Below are positions 58,921 to 64,000 of a DNA stretch of 64,000 nt, in pieces (positions within the stretch are counted from its first letter, which is position 1; every line of letters begins with the position of its first letter). The stretch is from NCBI GenBank assembly GCA_964247055.1, contig OZ176054.1, positions 6,758,001 through 6,822,000 on the forward strand. The letters are read 5' to 3'. This DNA comes from Paragordius varius. Its lineage: Eukaryota; Animalia; Nematomorpha. Position numbers and translations under genes: made by a program. The notes under the pieces were generated by a model. The model did no database searches. It had not been told where the DNA came from and worked only from the letters and a program-made list of their open reading frames with translations.

Positions 58921-61900
58921 ATGTTTAAACCAAATTTAATATTTCGCAAATTTAGCGAATTGAAACAGGTTAAAGTTAGATATGCTCCAAGTCCTACGGG
59001 AGCTATGCATTTGGGAAATTTACGAATAGCATTATACAATTACTTATGGTCAAAATCAAAGTCAGGACAATTTTTCCTGCGGCTTGAAGACACCGATAGA
59101 GTAATTAAGTTGTTATTTACTAGAATAGATTAGTTTCTGGCGCTATATCAAACATTATATTAAATTTAAACAAATTTGGCCTGAAAATGGATGCACAACC
59201 GATTTACCAATCCCAAAGGTTTTAAATACATTTATTGATTAGATTATCTTTATATAAAAAATATGCAGATTATTTAATTTCCAAAAACATGGCATATCAT
59301 TGTTTTTGTAACAGTGAAAGATTAAATCTCATAAAAAGTAATCTTAGTGATGTCACCAAATATGATGGTCATTGTTTAAATCTATCCTCTCCCATTATTG
59401 ACGAAAGTATTAAATCTGGCAAGCCTTTTTGTATCAGGTAATATAATAATAATTGGCAGATTTAAATTAAACCCATACATTACGGCTTTTCAAGATGAAA
59501 TATATGGATTGTTAACCAATAAAAATGTTACTAATGGAGCAGAAGGAGATTTTATCATAATCAAATCTGACGGGTTCATAAACTATTTTTTTTAAATTAT
59601 ATTATATGTTTTATCATATCACTATGTTTAATTATATAAGAAATTATTCATATGAATATGATTGAATCAAGCGTTTTGCACACCATTAACAAAGCAAAAA
59701 ATTAATTCTTTTGCAACAAATATTATTTATACTTTACCATATTTAAAATATTGCGCTTTCATATCAAATTAGGTATGAAAAAATAAAATAAGTAGTAAAG
59801 GATATACCTTTTAAATATAAAAAATGTATCTGTAAATGCGAAATAGTAAATTATATTTTTTTTAAATTATAATACCAGTAGATTTATAGTTATAAATGAG
59901 AAATATTAACATATAACGATATACAGTGTCACGCTAGTTTTTCCTTAACCTATCATTTTCAATTTTTGTCCGCAATGATATTTTGGGGTCGTTTTATATC
60001 CCAGAGCTTAATCTTATGAAGGATTGCTGTTTTGAAAGTTGTTTTGGCTACCATTTCATTATTTTTTCCTGTATTAGATAAAAAGGTTTATATTTTTTAC
60101 AGTTTTATAACTTCTAGAGTCCAAAATTGGAACACCAAAACACGATTGAAATAAACAGCTAATTTTTAAATCAATAATTATCAATTATTTGCGAGTAAAA
60201 TGTCACCTGGAAGCTTAAGAGTTATTTATATTTTATACCCATAATATATATTATTTGCCTGTTGTATTAGCCATTAAAAAAACTTATAAAGACGAAAAAG
60301 TTTGAGAAGAATTTAGCAGTTAAAAAATTTTTTTTGTTGCATACGCCTAAAAAGGTAAAGGTAGATAGATAGATGGCTGTTGTCGACGGGTCTCTTGGCA
60401 TCCGTCGTGACGGGGTTTAGGTGTTTATTCATTGCATTGAGGGATTTGTTTAACCAATCCCCGGCTTTTATGTTTTTGGCCTGTAGGTCTTGGGTAATGT
60501 TTTTCATGTTATTGCTGGACGATCAACTCTGATTTGTTTGTTTGGCTTGAAACTTGTTATATTTTTATCCAATTATCGTTATTTAATCTTGTATGTGAAC
60601 GTAGTAGCCGAGTCTACGGATCTGGATATATTTTGAGATCGGTAGGATTTGTATATCATGTATTGTTCGCTTAAATGTATTTATCATTCTTTGTTCCATA
60701 TTATCCAGCATATTTTCCTGTGTTATACTTATTTGCCATGTTTCGCGAGCATATGTTGTAGTAGGCCTAACGCCAGTCAGGTATATTTTTGTTTTTATTT
60801 TGAGGATATATGTTTACTGGTAAATATGTGGTTTATCGGTTGTTTCTACCCCTTATAGCATATATATTAAATTTAGCCCAATACCTTTAATACTTTATGA
60901 AATATTCAAATTTTAAATTAGCTTTGGGTACCCTAAAAGGTAATGAGTAGTTACCAGATAATATTTATGTTAAAAAGAAATTATATTGGCTAAAAAGCAG
61001 AATTAAGCGAAAAAATGAATTTTCTAAACAATTTAAAGTCAATATCGCTTTTCACTCTAAATTAAATTTGGCTATTATTAATGAAAAAATAGAATCGTAT
61101 TTTTTGCTCAAATTGTGATACATATTTAATTGCGCATGATTTTTTAAATAATAATTTACATCTAGCGAAATTCAACTATATAAAAACGAATAGGTATATA
61201 AGTTATACCAAAACTTTAGCGATAACTTTAACATGTTTAATGCCGAAAAAAATAAAAACTTGAGGTTTCATGGGTATAGAACTATTTTACCTGCTAATAT
61301 AATCATTATATAAAATTTCCAGTACATTATTCTGAACATACTAATGATGAGGTGTTTAATGCATTTTCGTTTTTGCCAGTTATTTCTTTTTTATGGCGTT
61401 AGGATTGAAGCTTTTTGGATGGAAAGCCATATTTTACTGATTTAAAAAGTTTTAGCATCTCAAAATGTACAAACGAACCTTTCGACACAATCTACAGTTA
61501 AATCTTTTATCGCGCGAGTTTTTTTATGATTTAACCATTTCTTTTGACCTCTTTTTCTGAAAGGTGTACCTTTGACATTTTTTTGTGCGTACTATAATAA
61601 AAACTGATTTTTATGTGGGGCTATATTTTACACTTTTTTAATTATAACCAATTAGAAAGCTATTGGGAAAAAGCTTTTTTTAAATATACATGATACATGA
61701 ATATCCAATTTTCATCAATTACACCATTTGAAATTTGATTATTTTTTCATTAAATGTAAGCTTAAATTATTATTGTGCAAGATTAGTGTTTAACCAATTG
61801 GGTTAGATATTTCATTTTTCACGCCTTCTCATGCGATAAGGCGATATTGACTACCGTATTTAGGAATACGGGAACTTCGTTTTCTTAAGCCTCCGGGAAT

Positions 61901-63190
61901 CGTAAAAATAGCTCCATTTCCATTGCTTGCACATTTAATTCGGCTATGAACACATCTTGGATGTGTTCGTCAATGTTAGGTGCAAAACGGCAGTAGGAAT
62001 TTTGTAAACGTTTTCGTTCTCACCCTCTACATTTTATCAATCAATTTTAAACGCGACAAAAATATATTTTTGAAGAGAGGGAAAGTAAATTTTTACACCA
62101 ATATTAAATAATTTTCGAAATGAAATGGTATATTTTCAATGACTGGGGATGAAAATAATTTTCTATGTTATTAATATTTTTGATTTCACCCAAGGCCAAA
62201 CACATTCTCGTTTGGGATTGCCACGTTTTTGGCGGCGAGATTGCGTTTAATCTAATGTGATATATATAATTGGTAATATTCAATTTTGCCGCGATATGGT
62301 ATACAGATAACAAGTTATAGGAACTAAATAAACATTTTTGAAATCGATTAAAATGAAGAGATGAGTTCAAAAACGTTTACTGAATTCCTGTCAAAGGTAA
62401 TGCAAAGGTCATTCACTGCCGGTTCTCGTCTAACATTGACGAATACATCCGGGTTAAACAATAAACAGTGGAGGTTAAATTCACACGGTCTCCTGATGCC
62501 TTAAAAAACAAAGTTTTTGTATTATTAAATTCATCGCCCTATCGCATGAAAAGGCGCGAAAGGGAATCGCAAATCTACACAAGCGTTGGCTCTTAGTAAA
62601 TAACAATATCTTAGGTTATCATAATAAATGTATTTTATGTATCCATAAAACTACCGTAATTTGTAGCGGTGTATACTATTGAGAGTACACGATGGTTAAA
62701 GAAACTGACTGGTATGTTTTAATTAACAATCGCCCCACGCAAAAATAGATGAGTTGAAAAAAATTGAATTTAACATGACTCGTTTGTAATTTTTACTGTC
62801 ATCCAGTGTACCTGGAAAATAGAGGCAACTCTATATATAGCATATAAATGGATGGATGTTTTGTTACAGTCGAGGTCGACATTTTGCCATATTTTATATA
62901 AACTTCTCCATAAAGTTTGGTTTTTAGTTTAAGTGAATTATGTTTTGTCAAGAATAAATATCTTTTGTTTATATATATTAGATATCCAACGTATCATTTT
63001 GCAAACGTTATCGATGATCATGAGATGGGTATAACTCACGTTATACGCGGCAGTGAATGGATAAGCTCAACAACAAAACATTTAATGTTATATGAGGCAT
63101 TTGGTTGGACCAAACCTAAATTTGCTCATTTACCCCTCATATATACTGCCGATGGAGCTAAACTTTCCAAACGAAGGTCCGATCTACAGG
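58921..63190 (+). CDS. EARS2: Mitochondrial glutamyl-tRNA synthetase, 5' part (5 exons found; gene continues)
   Basis: Exons 58921-59100, 59124-59218, 59244-59437, 59460-59573 and 62982-63190. Motifs: [15 protein letters not shown] (HIGH), [27 protein letters not shown]|[26 protein letters not shown] and KLSKR (KMSKS). The short basic N-terminus suggests mitochondrial targeting. Confidence 0.95.
60355..60860 (-). mobile_element. 3' fragment of an RTE-clade non-LTR retrotransposon in EARS2 intron 4
   Basis: The minus strand gives [39 protein letters not shown] and RPAIT*..ITQDL, typical of the RTE ORF C-terminus. It ends in a short (ATCT)n tail. Confidence 0.75.
61800..62590. repeat. Long imperfect inverted repeat (fold-back/MITE-like) in EARS2 intron 4
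   Basis: Arms about 61800-62060 and 62330-62590. Paired blocks include CGCCTTCTCATGCGATAAGGCGAT / ATCGCCCTATCGCATGAAAAGGCG and GATGTGTTCGTCAATGTTAG / CTAACATTGACGAATACATC. Confidence 0.7.
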
Positions 63191-63193
63191 TAC

Positions 63194-63230
<37 letters not shown>

Positions 63231-63831
63231 TTTTCTGGTTTTACACCGAAAACTAACTATTTGTACTAATACGCGCGTTTTCGACTAGATTAAATAAATT
63301 GATTTTTAATAATAATTTTGCGTCGCTTATATCAAATTCTACCGTTAATTCAATATTTATATGTTTATCTTTTTGGCCATCGATAGTTATGTTTGTTATA
63401 TATCTTGTTTATTTATTTTATATCATTTAACTGCAGAAAGTTATTTTGAATTAATATTTATCAATGATTTTAATATATATATATATATATATCTAATCTT
63501 TATATGTTTTGTTTTTATAACTGATACTCCAAACATATCTAGTATACTTCATATTCGCTAAATTATTCGGCTTCTTGATGTTGCTTATAGTTGGGATATT
63601 GAGTATAATTAACATTTTTTCTTCCATATTGTCTGGCAAACATTTGTGATAATCTTTAAAAATTTTATATATTAATCAGCTGAGAGATCCTCCTTATTTT
63701 ACACGAACCCACAGATGATCCGTTAATAGTATCTAAACACGTGATCAACTTTATATATTTTATAACTGCCTTGAACATGATACCCCATAAATAACATTAA
63801 AAGAGCAAACAAAAATTAATTTATTTGAGTG

Positions 63832-63970
63832 GGTAACAACGGGAGTTTATAATGTAAATGATGTGGAAATCGTCCTAAAATAACGGGAAATAAAATATAA
63901 TTTATTGGTTCTCAATTTTTCACCATAGGCATTATCAGGAGATACAGTTAAGAAAGTCTTATATTATAAT
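63832..63970 (-). mobile_element. Diverged 3' end of the same Penelope-like family with a degenerate hammerhead (63909-63944)
   Basis: Aligns by eye to 3442-3570. The minus strand reads TCTC-CTGATAA-T-GCC-TAT-GGT-GAAA-AATT-GAGA, with a G-to-A change in the core. Confidence 0.75.
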
Positions 63971-64000
63971 TATTTACAAAAATTAATATAATTTATCTAC

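Noticed and set aside
61343-61440. ATGATGA ... CTGA pair in EARS2 intron 4, resembling a C/D box snoRNA
   Set aside because: The terminal stem is poor and no rRNA-complementary guide was recognised. Such boxes are common by chance in AT-rich DNA.
1191-63561. Most remaining 60-100 aa ORFs in the track
   Set aside because: They are antisense to real exons, run through introns or (AT)n tracts (IYIYIY), or lie within non-coding repeats.
1-64000. tRNA, rRNA or snRNA genes
   Set aside because: No cloverleaf with A/B boxes or recognisable rRNA/snRNA sequence was seen by eye; a tRNAscan-SE/Infernal run would be needed to exclude them.

Overview
This is a very AT-rich eukaryotic (animal-like) genomic segment read in the standard code. 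Five conserved genes can be rebuilt exon by exon: COX10 (-, runs off the left edge), SF3A3 (+, 16 exons, 506 aa), a giant WAVE/SCAR (+, 11 exons, about 1147 aa), RPP21 (-, 4 exons, missed by the ORF track) and mitochondrial GluRS EARS2 (+, continues past the last exon found). Three orphan membrane-protein ORFs are also present: a type I single-pass protein, an LRR-TM protein and a 7TM GPCR-like protein. Intron sizes are strongly bimodal, with 22-28 nt micro-introns (often GTTT donors) next to 0.2-3.4 kb introns filled with transposon debris and fold-back sequence. Mobile DNA includes an inverted-repeat Penelope-like element with minimal hammerhead ribozymes inside a COX10 intron, a rearranged Ty3/Gypsy remnant, a Charlie-type hAT with a perfect 8-bp TSD, mariner and RTE fragments, and TA-, TTAA- and 8-bp-TSD MITE families. 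The pattern suggests a reduced parasitic animal such as a myxozoan or mesozoan that retains mitochondrial respiration; this is inference only. All alignments and counts were done by eye.
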